A DNA stretch of 64,000 nt from positions 1-64,000 of the IMG/VR virus record IMGVR_UViG_3300044972_002389. One strand, written 5' to 3'. Positions 1 to 11,339 of the stretch are shown here, in pieces. Every line of letters begins with the position of its first letter. Within the stretch, counting starts at the first letter, position 1. Position numbers and translations under genes: made by a program. The notes beneath the pieces are model-generated. The model saw only the letters and a list, made by a program, of their open reading frames with translations. It made no database searches and was not told the origin of the DNA.

Positions 1-1144
<1,144 letters not shown>

Positions 1145-1228
1145 TTATCTCTACAACCGTGCCAATAGTGGGATATTTAGGTGCAAGATGGTATTTTGAC
1201 TTTTGGTATCTAGTCCTGGAAAAATTCA

Positions 1229-1582
1229 TTATGTGTTGGCGCTTTCCACAATACTTAGGACTACATCTAAATTATTGGCCCCAGCAGCATCTGTGAAAAC
1301 TCTCACTCTGTGTCCTTCTTCAAGCACGAGGCGGCCAGTCAAAACACTCAAAGCGTCCTCAATGGGAATTTTGGCATTACGGACCAAGAAAGTAACTGTA
1401 ATATCTTTCACATGAGCAAAACTTACTTTTGCAGTAACATTACCCACATTGGAAATTTGGGCCAAAAGAACAATTGCTGTTACACCTACAGGACATGTAT
1501 AGATTTCCTCAAAAGAAGCAGGACCTACGGCTGTGATTCTTCTTGTAATAGTTCTAAAAGTATTCAGCGGCAAAACAGCCAT
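1229..1582 (-). CDS. Small virion structural protein (putative)
   Basis: ORF 1229..1594; likely start MAVLPLNTF at 1582 after GGAGG; TATAAATA at 1617-1624 (minus); beta-rich, similar in style to 28253..28612. Confidence 0.7.
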   Translation of the reverse strand: MAVLPLNTFRTITRRITAVGPASFEEIYTCPVGVTAIVLLAQISNVGNVTAKVSFAHVKDITVTFLVRNAKIPIEDALSVLTGRLVLEEGHRVRVFTDAAGANNLDVVLSIVESANT

Positions 1583-1616
1583 AGGAACCTCCACAAAATA
1601 ACGCTATACGACTGGG

Positions 1617-1624
1617 TATTTATA
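1617..1624 (-). promoter_or_regulatory. T4-like late promoter TATAAATA
   Basis: Exact TATAAATA on the minus strand in the intergenic gap upstream of 1582. Confidence 0.7.
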
Positions 1625-1644
1625 GGTATGTCAACTACCTTGTC

Positions 1645-4600
1645 TTAACCACTAGACTCAATACTCAAAATAAATGGTGTTACAAGGCCAAACAAGCTTT
1701 TGGCAAACACACGTCCACTAAGTGTGCCAGTATTCTGATTGATAACTAATCCTTCGCCAATACGGAAGTCACCTTTGTGATCGGTGCTAGTGTAGTAAAT
1801 TCTCCCACCGCGTCTCATTACAACTTCGTTTTCCTGTATAGGTACACCACCTAACTGAGGCAAGCAGGTGTTGATATCTGTTCCTGCGCCCACATATTCA
1901 AAAGTGTGACTGGATGCAGATGCAACACTTACTTGATAAAAGTTTACAGTTTCATCATCCAAAGGTGCATAGTCTGTAACTTCTTCAAGTGTGACAGTTG
2001 TTTCGTTTTCCACAGTATCGCTGAGCAGTGACCCACCGGCTCCTACTAAATCAGCTGCTACTGCATCCACAATAAATCCAGTGTCACGTGTACACAAGCT
2101 CAGTTGATCAGCTGTTAAGAACCCTGGACCAAAAGTATTCAACACATATTGCGTTACTTCTGCTTGAATAAATTGCTTGTTCAATCGTAACAATTGACTG
2201 GAATTATTCCAGCGTAGATTTTTGGGACCATAGAGGGGGTTTATTGTGCTGATCAATACATCAAAAGAGGCTTCCAAGTTTTGTGAGCTATAACTGCCAT
2301 AATTTAATGCTGGGTTGACTACTTGTGGCACAACCCCCTGGATAGGTATAATTGCACTATTGGTGATAACGTCCATAACCAACGTGCGTAGTTGGGTCAA
2401 AGCAGCGATGGTTTGACTTTCTTGCCCACCAATCAAGCTGGTTACACCGTTCCAGTAATTTCTACCACTACGCAAGGCCTCAATTACTCCACCTTTTGTT
2501 GCATCAAGTGTCATGCCATCTACAATCAATCCCACATCTCGTTCACACAGTGTCAGTTGTGCGGGTGATAAAAATCCAGGATAGGTAATACTTACCCATG
2601 CACCAATTTCAGCTTGGAGGAATGCTCTGTTGGCCTGTAGGAGCAGTCCTGCATGGGTATATCTTATATTGGCTACACTTAAGCCATCGTTAATAAATGT
2701 GGTTATATGGTCGAAAAATGCTGTTACGCCATTCAAAGTAGCTGCTCCACCACTCAAACTTCCATTTGTAACTTGTGCTACAGAAACTTGCAGCGGAACA
2801 ACAGCAGTGTTTTGAACTATGTTTTGACTTAGACTCTTGGCGAAATTTATGGCCTGAATAGTTTGTGTTGATTGACCAGGTATCAAACTGGTTACACCAT
2901 CCCAATAGCGTTGGCCACTTCTGAAACTAAGGCTTGCTGCCAATGGTGCTGGTATTACAGGGCCCCCATTTATTACCAACGGCGTGGCACTACTTATAGT
3001 GTAGTATTTTGGATACAATTTAGCCTCAGCAATAGCAGGAGTACCCCCAGCCCCAATGATATCACCACTGACGCTGTCAATAACTTGGCCAATGAGTTTG
3101 GCAAAATTAGCTTTCTCATCTGTAGTCATAGACACCAAAGTATTTGCATATGCTGTTACTTCAGCTTGTAAGAATGCATAATTGGCTTTCAAAAGAGCAC
3201 TTGCACTATTATATCCTGTAAATGGCAGGCCGTTGGAGATCAAGTTGGTGATAACATTCACTGCTGCTGTTAAGTTAGAGGCAGCATACACTCCATTTGT
3301 AAGCACTGGATTGACACTTGCGGTCACTGCTGTTTGGAAAGGTGCACCTGGGTACGCACCTGGTGGAGTTGATATATTGTTGATAAGATTCAACCCCCAT
3401 GCCAAGATATAATTGATCGCATCAATAGTTTCCGCAGCTTGTCCTGGAAGCTTACTGACTATCCCATTCCAGTAAGATTGTCCTGCTCGTATACTTCTTA
3501 CAAAGCCGCCAGTTGAACAGTCAATTGAGAGAGCATCAACAATGTATCCAACATCTCTGCTGCATAGTGCTTGTAGTCTAGCTGCCTCTGTGGGATTACC
3601 ACCAGCTAATGCGTTGAAGAATCCTGGATACTGCCAATTCACATAAGCCAATACCTCTGCTTGTAAGAAGGCTTTGTTCAGGAGCAGCAAGCTACTGGCA
3701 TTGTCGTAAGGACTCAGGCTTGTCCCGTAATTTATTATTTGACTTGTATTTGTAAAGAACGCAGTCACCCCAGTTGTGGCATCCAATCCGTTGGGCAAAG
3801 CTGGATCAACAACAGGCAGCTCAGTAGCTTGATAAGGACTGCCAACATATCCGGCAGGTGGGGTTGGGTTGTTATCAATCAGATTATATGCCCAGTCTCT
3901 AGCATATGTGATAGCTAGCAATGTATTTGCTGTGTCAATAGGACTGACTGCTGCCTTAGCAGTCAAAAAGCTGAAGCTTTCAGCATCACCACCTTGGAAT
4001 CTTACTCGAGGACCAGCACTGTAACTGTTACCGCCGCTTGCTAGATCAATAGCTGCAAGGCCCATACTGAGATCAAGTAAGCATCCTGTGCCACTTCCAC
4101 TGAGAACATACTGAGTTTCAACGCCATTTAGTGTAGGCATCTTTGAATATTTGCCAGCTGTGTCAATAACAACTCTTGTTACAATACCAGACGTAAATCC
4201 ATTTGATGCGACAGCAACTACTCGGACACGAGTTCTCGCCGTGCCTTCTCCTCCAACCACCTCGAGCAGGTCATTTATTTGATAGCCTTGCCCACCATTG
4301 AAATAGGTGTTGTTTGAGGTTGTAAAGACACTGTTTACGCTAGCACCAACAGCTTGATACCAAATTTGGCCAGCTTTGGCACCAGCGCCCCCGCCTCCTG
4401 AGAAGCGCACAGTGGGGTCAATTACAAAGTTTGATCCTGGATTTGTAATCCGTATATTTGTGACAACACCAGCTGTTACCTCAGTAATAGCTGTTGCACC
4501 AGTGTCGCCATTACCTGATCCTCCACCACCCTCAATAGTGACAATGGGTTGAGCTATATAACCACCGCCCTGACTTATGAGTGTGACTTCACGAATTGTG

Positions 4601-7600
4601 CCAGTTGTGTTGTCATACTCTGCACGACCTTTGGCTGTGATGCCACCGCCACCACTTATAGTAACAGTGGGGCTTGTGTAACCTGTGCCACTGCTGGCGA
4701 GATTTATACTGTTTACGCCAAAATTGATACTGCAACTGAATCCAGTTCCTATGCCGCTGCTAGTGGTAGCCGCACCAGAAACTATAGGGAGGTCTGTGTA
4801 TTCGCCTTCATCAATCACAAAAACTGATGTTACTGCACCTCCCAAACCTACAGCAGCTACTTGAAGCAACACTGGCGTATTCACTTGCAGATTTGGGAAA
4901 GTTCCTCCACTAATTGTTATGGTGTCGTTAAGTGCATAACCGCGACCACCATTCAAAATAGCCACTCCGCTAGCTATATCGCTTCTGCAACTGTAAATCA
5001 CCGCACCAATAATTGCTCCAGTACCACTGGGATCGTAAATTGTTGCGTATGCGCCGCCTGTATAACCAGATCCTTTTTCTATATTATTCAACGCGGTAAT
5101 AGCTCCACTTGTTACTACTGCTTGAAATTCAGCACGCTGTCTTGCGTAACCAATTGGTGGATCCAACAGCACTAGGGGTGTACTAGTATATCCCTGTCCT
5201 TGATCAATTACTTGTATTTCGCTCACATAGCTGAACTCAGGACCAACAGTAGCCACAAGGCCCACAAATGGACGTTGGATAATATTCTTGATGTCAATAG
5301 TATCAACACGGAATCGTCCCGTGCCAGCTTTGATTCTGCCGCCATAGAGATAGGGACTTATGCCATCAGCCAAAATACCAATATCTCCGAAGCTGGTATT
5401 GCTGTTGCTTATGCTGCATGTTGCACCATTTTCTACCCATGTGCCAATTGTAGTACAGATAGTGAAGATTGACACCAACTGTGCGTAACCTTGGTTTGTA
5501 ATGTAGATGCCAGGACCGCCTTGGTTATATTGAGTGAAGCCATCCAAAACCATACTCTTCAAACCTTTGGCAAGGTTTCCATCCACTTTCATCCCACCGC
5601 CAGTTTCGTTAAAACATGTGCAGTTTTGAACATAAGGACTTGTGCTGATTACTCCTGCTCCCCCAGGCACACCAGGAGGAAGATCGGGATCGCCTGCCAA
5701 AGGAGGATAGGTGATAGCAAATCCTGGCGCCTTACCACCTCTGAAACTCACGCCTGCAATGTAACAGGCATTGTTGACCCAAAAGAAGTCTTTTGTAGGA
5801 TTATTGTAAAAGAGATTTACTCTACGCAAGTTATCGCCAATAACTGACACTCGCTCAGGCAAATAGATGGGGTTGTTTTCGTAATAGTTGCCGCTTCGGA
5901 CAAAAATTGTTGTAAATGGTTTTGCGATTGCAGCAGCAGCTTTGACGGTTCTTTTTGCCCGGTCTTCAGCCAAACCATCATTGTTGTCATCACCATCTTT
6001 TGTTACCCAAATTACGTTAGTAACAGCAGGTGCAGTACCTTTGCTAACGCCAGTTACTACCAAATCACCAACACTTACTCTGGCGCCTGTCATTACAGGT
6101 GTTACACGAGCCGTATTACCAGACGGGCTTGGTTGCACAATTGCTTTGGGTGTATTTGTGTATCCACTACCACTGCTGTTGACTATGGCAGCAATCAGAC
6201 CGTAGCTGAGATTTACCCTAGCGCCAGTTCCTGTTCCACCAACTACAGGGTTGTTCAGCAATGTGGGTAGGAAACTATAGTATCCAGGATCAGTAATAAT
6301 AAGAGTGTTGATCTCACTCACCATATTGAATTGAACGCCGTAACCGCTGCCGCCAGTGGCTTTGTTATTGGTCAAAGGTGGCAGGGTGTAGTAAGGTCCT
6401 TGATTTTGGAGTTGGCAAGTGCTCTCAGTAACACTGTATTTGGCTGCTGTTTGATATTCAGTAAGTAGGCCACGGCCACTGCCACCAACAGCGGGGTTAG
6501 CCACAATATTGGGCAGTTCTCTATAAGACCCTGAGTTGTTGATTGTTATGTCTGTTACACGTCCGCCCAAAATAACAGAAATAACTGAGCCATTACTAGG
6601 AGGGTTCACAAAGGTAAGCCTGGTCACACTAGCGGGCTGACTTACTGTGTAGTTTGTACCCAGTGTTTGTTTCACGTTGTCAAGAGTCACATACAAATCA
6701 AAATAGTCAGCTGGTATAATTGCACGGCTGAGATCAAAGTTTGTTTCAACCCCGTCACCTGAGAAACTATTGTAAAATACACCAATTACATCGCCAGCTT
6801 GCAGAGAAAAGGCTGGCAAGAATGTGATATCTGTTTGCAGGCCGTTGGGCGCAAAGCTGTATACAGCCCCTAGGATAATCGTGCCATTTAACGTAACAGT
6901 AACGCCACTATAATCCAATGGATCAATAGTGAATGGAACTGTATAGGTTTTGATTGCTGGATTTGTAACAAAATTGTTTGTATCATATTTCCCCGATATT
7001 TGAATGGGGTCAGCTGAGATAATAGATGTGGCAGGTGTGCCTGAACCACCAAAAACAGTGATTTCCTCACCTGTGATGTATCCCACACCTTGTGCAATTA
7101 TTTGTGGTTCAATCAATTTGACTCTAGTGATAATAATAGTAGCTGATGCTGGTCCATCACCACCACTGACAGTGAGAATATCATTGGGCTTATACCCACG
7201 TCCTTCATTGTTGGCATCAACAAGTATGCTCTTGATTCTAGCTGTTTCCACTTGTAACAAAGTGGGTGCAGAGAATACTCCGCCTTGAACTGTCAAGGCG
7301 TCGCCTGGCGTATATCCAGCGCCACGATCCCAGGGCACAACGATAGGTACAGCGCCCATAACAGCTTCTGCAACAGCTTGCACGCCACCAGGTGGTGGTG
7401 GATCAATTGTAATAGCTGGAACAAGTGTGTATCCGCTTCCAGGATTGTTGATATTCAAGCTAGTAACTTGCCCTTTGGCATTCAAATTCAAAATACCTGT
7501 AGCCAAGCTGTTGGTGATTACATCATTATCAATTAAAACTTGGTCTACAGCCAGCTTACTGGCGTTGAGTTTAGATCCGTCCCATTTGAGATCTGCTGAT

Positions 7601-9138
7601 CCAGCAAATGTTCCCCCATTATTGAATTGAACAGCTTGTGTGGGTCCACCAGGTGTGCCCCCTGGTCCGGCTGGGCCGGTGGGACCTCCTAAGGGGCCGG
7701 TTGGGCCGGTTGCACCAACAGGACCAGCAGGGCCGCCTGACGGTGCAGGAATGGGTTGTGGACCTGTCTCCAAAATGTTGATGATAAGATCAATACGTGC
7801 AACAATGTCATTTGTCCAAAGTCCACCATCAGTGTAGGCGATGTCAAATACTTGGGGCACCAAACTGTAAACAGGTGCAACTGAGGTGTTTGTAACCACA
7901 TCGTTCATCAGGGTTTTTAGATGGTTCAAGGCCGCAACAGTAACCTCTACCTGTCCAGGTATTACTGTTTTCCCAGACTCATAATATTTGTTGCCAGCTA
8001 GGTAGCTATTGAGATTGATGCCACTCAAAACATCGCTCATAACACACGCGGCAATCAGTTGCACATCACGAGCACATTTGTTTTGATCGTAAAAGTAAGG
8101 GGCTGGAAATTGGTTGTTGATCCAGCCAACTACTTCTTGACTCAAGAATTCAAGGTTCAAATATACCAGTGTTTGTGCGCTGAAATTTCCCAACGAGGTG
8201 GGAACAAAGTTGGCATATTCAGTGCTGGGTCCAGTTAGGATAATATTATTGATAATCGCAATATTGCTGGCAATAGGAGCATAGGCTACTACGCCGCCAC
8301 TGAAGCTGGGTATAATTACTTGACTGGGTGGTACAACAGCTGGATAATCTGGTACAATAGCGATATTAGCAACGATTTTTTGAACCAAACTCAATGCATA
8401 AGTTAACGCATCAACAGTCAATTGTTTCTGCGCAGGTGTATTATAAATTAAAACACTTGTAACACCGTTCCAGTAAGCGTTGCCAGCTGCAACACTGTTA
8501 TAAGTAGAGCCCAGCAATGTGTCATTCATTACAGCAAACAGGATAGTAGTCAAGTCTCTGCTGCATTTTTCCAGTTGAGAGGGGGTTAAAGAATAACCCA
8601 GGGGATAATTGCCTTGTACCCAAGAATTAACTTGCGCCCGAATAAATGGCAAATTGTAGATAACCAAGGCAACTGCGTTCAATAAACCTTGATTTTGTGT
8701 AATTTGACCAGGGCTACCATCTGACAAGAGGTACCAAGCTGTGCCGTTGTAATATTCCAACTTGTTATAATCAGTATTGAATCTGATCATACCTGTAGAG
8801 GGAGCAAGTGGGTTACTTGCTGGCCGTTGCGCCGTCAAGCCCACTGGAACCCTGATAGCTCCAGTCCCAGGGAATTGGATGCTGTTTTCTAAATCGCTGT
8901 TTTGGAATCTTGTTACAACCAAGGTGCCGTTGGGATCGCTTGTTAAAACAACCTTGTTGCTTTGAACAGGTCCAGATAACCTCACTGTGGTATTTTGTAG
9001 GTTGGAGATTTCAGCAGCCGCAACAGCAAGTTGAACTCTCATTGCCTCAAAATTGTCTCTGAAACCCTGACTTTCATTGTCAGAACCGGCCACAGGATAG
9101 TTGGTGTTGATACTGTCTGGTCTAATGTTGCTGGTCAT
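1645..9138 (-). CDS. Giant virion structural/fibre protein (~2497 aa) with pectin-lyase-like beta-helix region, GxGYT repeats and CxRD helical repeats
   Basis: Long ORF; likely start MTSNIRPD at 9138; motif VTKDGDDNNDG..AKRTVKAA..IFVRSGNYYE..GDNLR typical of pectin-lyase-fold tail proteins; many (N/D)xGxGYTxxP repeats; short collagen stretch. Confidence 0.8.
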   Translation of the reverse strand: MTSNIRPDSINTNYPVAGSDNESQGFRDNFEAMRVQLAVAAAEISNLQNTTVRLSGPVQSNKVVLTSDPNGTLVVTRFQNSDLENSIQFPGTGAIRVPVGLTAQRPASNPLAPSTGMIRFNTDYNKLEYYNGTAWYLLSDGSPGQITQNQGLLNAVALVIYNLPFIRAQVNSWVQGNYPLGYSLTPSQLEKCSRDLTTILFAVMNDTLLGSTYNSVAAGNAYWNGVTSVLIYNTPAQKQLTVDALTYALSLVQKIVANIAIVPDYPAVVPPSQVIIPSFSGGVVAYAPIASNIAIINNIILTGPSTEYANFVPTSLGNFSAQTLVYLNLEFLSQEVVGWINNQFPAPYFYDQNKCARDVQLIAACVMSDVLSGINLNSYLAGNKYYESGKTVIPGQVEVTVAALNHLKTLMNDVVTNTSVAPVYSLVPQVFDIAYTDGGLWTNDIVARIDLIINILETGPQPIPAPSGGPAGPVGATGPTGPLGGPTGPAGPGGTPGGPTQAVQFNNGGTFAGSADLKWDGSKLNASKLAVDQVLIDNDVITNSLATGILNLNAKGQVTSLNINNPGSGYTLVPAITIDPPPPGGVQAVAEAVMGAVPIVVPWDRGAGYTPGDALTVQGGVFSAPTLLQVETARIKSILVDANNEGRGYKPNDILTVSGGDGPASATIIITRVKLIEPQIIAQGVGYITGEEITVFGGSGTPATSIISADPIQISGKYDTNNFVTNPAIKTYTVPFTIDPLDYSGVTVTLNGTIILGAVYSFAPNGLQTDITFLPAFSLQAGDVIGVFYNSFSGDGVETNFDLSRAIIPADYFDLYVTLDNVKQTLGTNYTVSQPASVTRLTFVNPPSNGSVISVILGGRVTDITINNSGSYRELPNIVANPAVGGSGRGLLTEYQTAAKYSVTESTCQLQNQGPYYTLPPLTNNKATGGSGYGVQFNMVSEINTLIITDPGYYSFLPTLLNNPVVGGTGTGARVNLSYGLIAAIVNSSGSGYTNTPKAIVQPSPSGNTARVTPVMTGARVSVGDLVVTGVSKGTAPAVTNVIWVTKDGDDNNDGLAEDRAKRTVKAAAAIAKPFTTIFVRSGNYYENNPIYLPERVSVIGDNLRRVNLFYNNPTKDFFWVNNACYIAGVSFRGGKAPGFAITYPPLAGDPDLPPGVPGGAGVISTSPYVQNCTCFNETGGGMKVDGNLAKGLKSMVLDGFTQYNQGGPGIYITNQGYAQLVSIFTICTTIGTWVENGATCSISNSNTSFGDIGILADGISPYLYGGRIKAGTGRFRVDTIDIKNIIQRPFVGLVATVGPEFSYVSEIQVIDQGQGYTSTPLVLLDPPIGYARQRAEFQAVVTSGAITALNNIEKGSGYTGGAYATIYDPSGTGAIIGAVIYSCRSDIASGVAILNGGRGYALNDTITISGGTFPNLQVNTPVLLQVAAVGLGGAVTSVFVIDEGEYTDLPIVSGAATTSSGIGTGFSCSINFGVNSINLASSGTGYTSPTVTISGGGGITAKGRAEYDNTTGTIREVTLISQGGGYIAQPIVTIEGGGGSGNGDTGATAITEVTAGVVTNIRITNPGSNFVIDPTVRFSGGGGAGAKAGQIWYQAVGASVNSVFTTSNNTYFNGGQGYQINDLLEVVGGEGTARTRVRVVAVASNGFTSGIVTRVVIDTAGKYSKMPTLNGVETQYVLSGSGTGCLLDLSMGLAAIDLASGGNSYSAGPRVRFQGGDAESFSFLTAKAAVSPIDTANTLLAITYARDWAYNLIDNNPTPPAGYVGSPYQATELPVVDPALPNGLDATTGVTAFFTNTSQIINYGTSLSPYDNASSLLLLNKAFLQAEVLAYVNWQYPGFFNALAGGNPTEAARLQALCSRDVGYIVDALSIDCSTGGFVRSIRAGQSYWNGIVSKLPGQAAETIDAINYILAWGLNLINNISTPPGAYPGAPFQTAVTASVNPVLTNGVYAASNLTAAVNVITNLISNGLPFTGYNSASALLKANYAFLQAEVTAYANTLVSMTTDEKANFAKLIGQVIDSVSGDIIGAGGTPAIAEAKLYPKYYTISSATPLVINGGPVIPAPLAASLSFRSGQRYWDGVTSLIPGQSTQTIQAINFAKSLSQNIVQNTAVVPLQVSVAQVTNGSLSGGAATLNGVTAFFDHITTFINDGLSVANIRYTHAGLLLQANRAFLQAEIGAWVSITYPGFLSPAQLTLCERDVGLIVDGMTLDATKGGVIEALRSGRNYWNGVTSLIGGQESQTIAALTQLRTLVMDVITNSAIIPIQGVVPQVVNPALNYGSYSSQNLEASFDVLISTINPLYGPKNLRWNNSSQLLRLNKQFIQAEVTQYVLNTFGPGFLTADQLSLCTRDTGFIVDAVAADLVGAGGSLLSDTVENETTVTLEEVTDYAPLDDETVNFYQVSVASASSHTFEYVGAGTDINTCLPQLGGVPIQENEVVMRRGGRIYYTSTDHKGDFRIGEGLVINQNTGTLSGRVFAKSLFGLVTPFILSIESSG

Positions 9139-9165
9139 GGATATCCACACTAATCGCGTTTTTTC

Positions 9166-9236
9166 ATATTTATGGGTTGGCACAATTTGTGTTTTTGATC
9201 CATGATTTAACAGTCATCAAGCGTCACGCTTAAATA
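9166..9236. promoter_or_regulatory. Divergent pair of late-type TAAATA motifs
   Basis: CATAAATA on minus (9166-9173) and TTAAATA on plus (9230-9236) between divergent genes. Confidence 0.55.
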
Positions 9237-9239
9237 CTC

Positions 9240-10028
9240 ATGGTGCCCAACTCTCTACTGGAGGAACGCCACTTGCAAAGAAGATTGAAACGCTCTAACA
9301 GAGCCAATCCTCGAGAAGATCGCAACATTTTTGACAACAAAAATGTTCGAAACAACATCATCGAACTTGAGCAATTTACTAAACATCTCAAACAAAAAGT
9401 TGAGTTGATTCCCAAAAACCTCAGTCAAGAAACTTATATTGAAAAGCTGGAAGACCCAAACATAAACATTGTGTTTGCCATTGGTCCAGCAGGTACTGGT
9501 AAATCATATCTTGGCACACTATATGCCATCCAATGCTTGAAAAATGGCAGTGTTAGCAAGATTGTGATTACCCGACCAAATATCAGTTTAGATGACAAAG
9601 ACATTGGCTTTTTGCCTGGTGACATTTTTGCCAAAATGGCTCCTTGGACTAGGCCAATCTTGGAGATTTTTGAAGAGTTTTATTCAACCAAACAAATTGC
9701 TACAATGCTGGAAAACAATGTGATAGAGCTGCTTCCTATGGCTTTCATAAGAGGCAGAACATTGAAAAACAGCATTATTCTCCTCGATGAGGCACAGAAC
9801 ACTACAAAACTCAGTATGGTTTCTGCGCTGACCCGAATTGGTGAGAACAGCAAGATGATTGTGACTGGAGATACGAAACAAAGTGATAGGGGAACATCAA
9901 ATGGTCTCACAGATTTCTTACAACGATACAAACCAAACAAACGAGTGGCTGTTGTTGAATTTCAACAACAAGATGTTGAACGCCACCCAGTAATCAATAC
10001 CATACTGGACTGGTACGGAGAAAACTAA
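9240..10028 (+). CDS. phoH: PhoH-family ATPase
   Basis: GPAGTGKS Walker A, ITRP, GFLPG, FIRGRTL, LDEAQN, GDTKQSD motifs; true start may be TTG 9273 after GGAGG. Confidence 0.95.
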   Translation: MVPNSLLEERHLQRRLKRSNRANPREDRNIFDNKNVRNNIIELEQFTKHLKQKVELIPKNLSQETYIEKLEDPNINIVFAIGPAGTGKSYLGTLYAIQCLKNGSVSKIVITRPNISLDDKDIGFLPGDIFAKMAPWTRPILEIFEEFYSTKQIATMLENNVIELLPMAFIRGRTLKNSIILLDEAQNTTKLSMVSALTRIGENSKMIVTGDTKQSDRGTSNGLTDFLQRYKPNKRVAVVEFQQQDVERHPVINTILDWYGEN

Positions 10029-10078
10029 ACAACCTTTTGTGAACCATAAATACTGGAAAATTGGGCACTTCTAGTATT

Positions 10079-10606
10079 ATGGTTCACAAAATTCTCGAAA
10101 ATTTTTCAGATCAAGCTGAAGAAGTAATCAAAAAGCTTACAGCCAAACAAGACTTATTGGATGTTATGCTGGATATTGAGGATTACTTTGATAACAACAA
10201 TCTCTATGTATTTGACAATTGGTTCAAAGGTGAGCTTGTAAATGGCCCATTGGTAAAAAAATACTGGATTGAAGTGACCTTCAAATACCCATACCATCAC
10301 ATGCCTGATCCTGAAGGTGGGTTGAGACTTACTCAACATGGCACCAAAATACAATATGAAAAAACTTTTCAAACGGTGCCTGTGCCTATCCATAGTCCTG
10401 ATGACTATGAACCTGGTACCAAGAAGCCGCGAATGAAAAAAGAAAAGGTTTGGCTTATTCACATGAAAATACCACGCCGCTTTGTTGAAACTCTTGATCC
10501 TGAAATGCTAGACATTTACGATGAAGAGGTAGAGGACACCGACATGGACAATGCTGAAGACCAGATGGCGCAAGGTCAGGCACCTGGGTTGGAGATGAAT
10601 ACATGA
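10079..10606 (+). CDS. Hypothetical phage protein
   Basis: ORF; ATG at 10079; CATAAATA at 10045-10052 upstream; acidic C-terminus. Confidence 0.7.
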   Translation: MVHKILENFSDQAEEVIKKLTAKQDLLDVMLDIEDYFDNNNLYVFDNWFKGELVNGPLVKKYWIEVTFKYPYHHMPDPEGGLRLTQHGTKIQYEKTFQTVPVPIHSPDDYEPGTKKPRMKKEKVWLIHMKIPRRFVETLDPEMLDIYDEEVEDTDMDNAEDQMAQGQAPGLEMNT

Positions 10607-11316
10607 ACCTGAAGGAAGGACTGCGCAAAGGTGACTTGGACGGGTTGATACTTCCGCTTGTTACTGTGGATGAATATGAGTCCAAAATTGGCGATGATGA
10701 AGCTGTTGTTGTGGGATTTTATGCATTGGAAGCGGATGCTGCGCACGATTTAAGTAATTTTATTGAGAGAGCGCCTTACATGGTGTTGGATACTGATGTA
10801 AGTCCAGCCCCAACAAAGGACGGTTACTACGTATGCTTTGCTGAACTCAATCGCACACTGGACTTTCCTAACGCTTTGATTTCCTTGTTAAATGATATAA
10901 CAAAACTATGTAATATTGATGATTGGCAATTTACTACTGTGAACTTACCCAAGGACAAAATTGTGCCCTTGACTGAGAAAAATTTGAAAAAAACTGTAAA
11001 CTGCAATGTACGTGAAACCAAAAACACTGACGAACAAAATGTCAAAAGGTTCTTCAAACATAGCAGCTTGAAAGAAGTATCGTGGGCAGATGGGCAACTA
11101 ACTCTCTCTGAACGTGCATACAGAAAAACGTTTCAGGTAGACACCTTGACAAATGTTGTGCCCCAAGGCCCGGTGGATTTGAGTGAATCAGGCAGTAGCG
11201 AATGCAGAGTTCTAGAAAAAGCATTAGCGGGGCCCTACAGCGTCCACAAGCTGGGAGAGCAGTTGGTTGTGGAAAATTGGAACCTCCAAAAATTTTTAGT
11301 GTTAACACCCCTCTAA
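10603..11316 (+). CDS. Hypothetical phage protein
   Basis: 237-aa ORF overlapping the previous stop (ATGA). Confidence 0.7.
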   Translation: MNLKEGLRKGDLDGLILPLVTVDEYESKIGDDEAVVVGFYALEADAAHDLSNFIERAPYMVLDTDVSPAPTKDGYYVCFAELNRTLDFPNALISLLNDITKLCNIDDWQFTTVNLPKDKIVPLTEKNLKKTVNCNVRETKNTDEQNVKRFFKHSSLKEVSWADGQLTLSERAYRKTFQVDTLTNVVPQGPVDLSESGSSECRVLEKALAGPYSVHKLGEQLVVENWNLQKFLVLTPL

Positions 11317-11339
11317 GTGTTGTTACTAGCGTCACCTCC

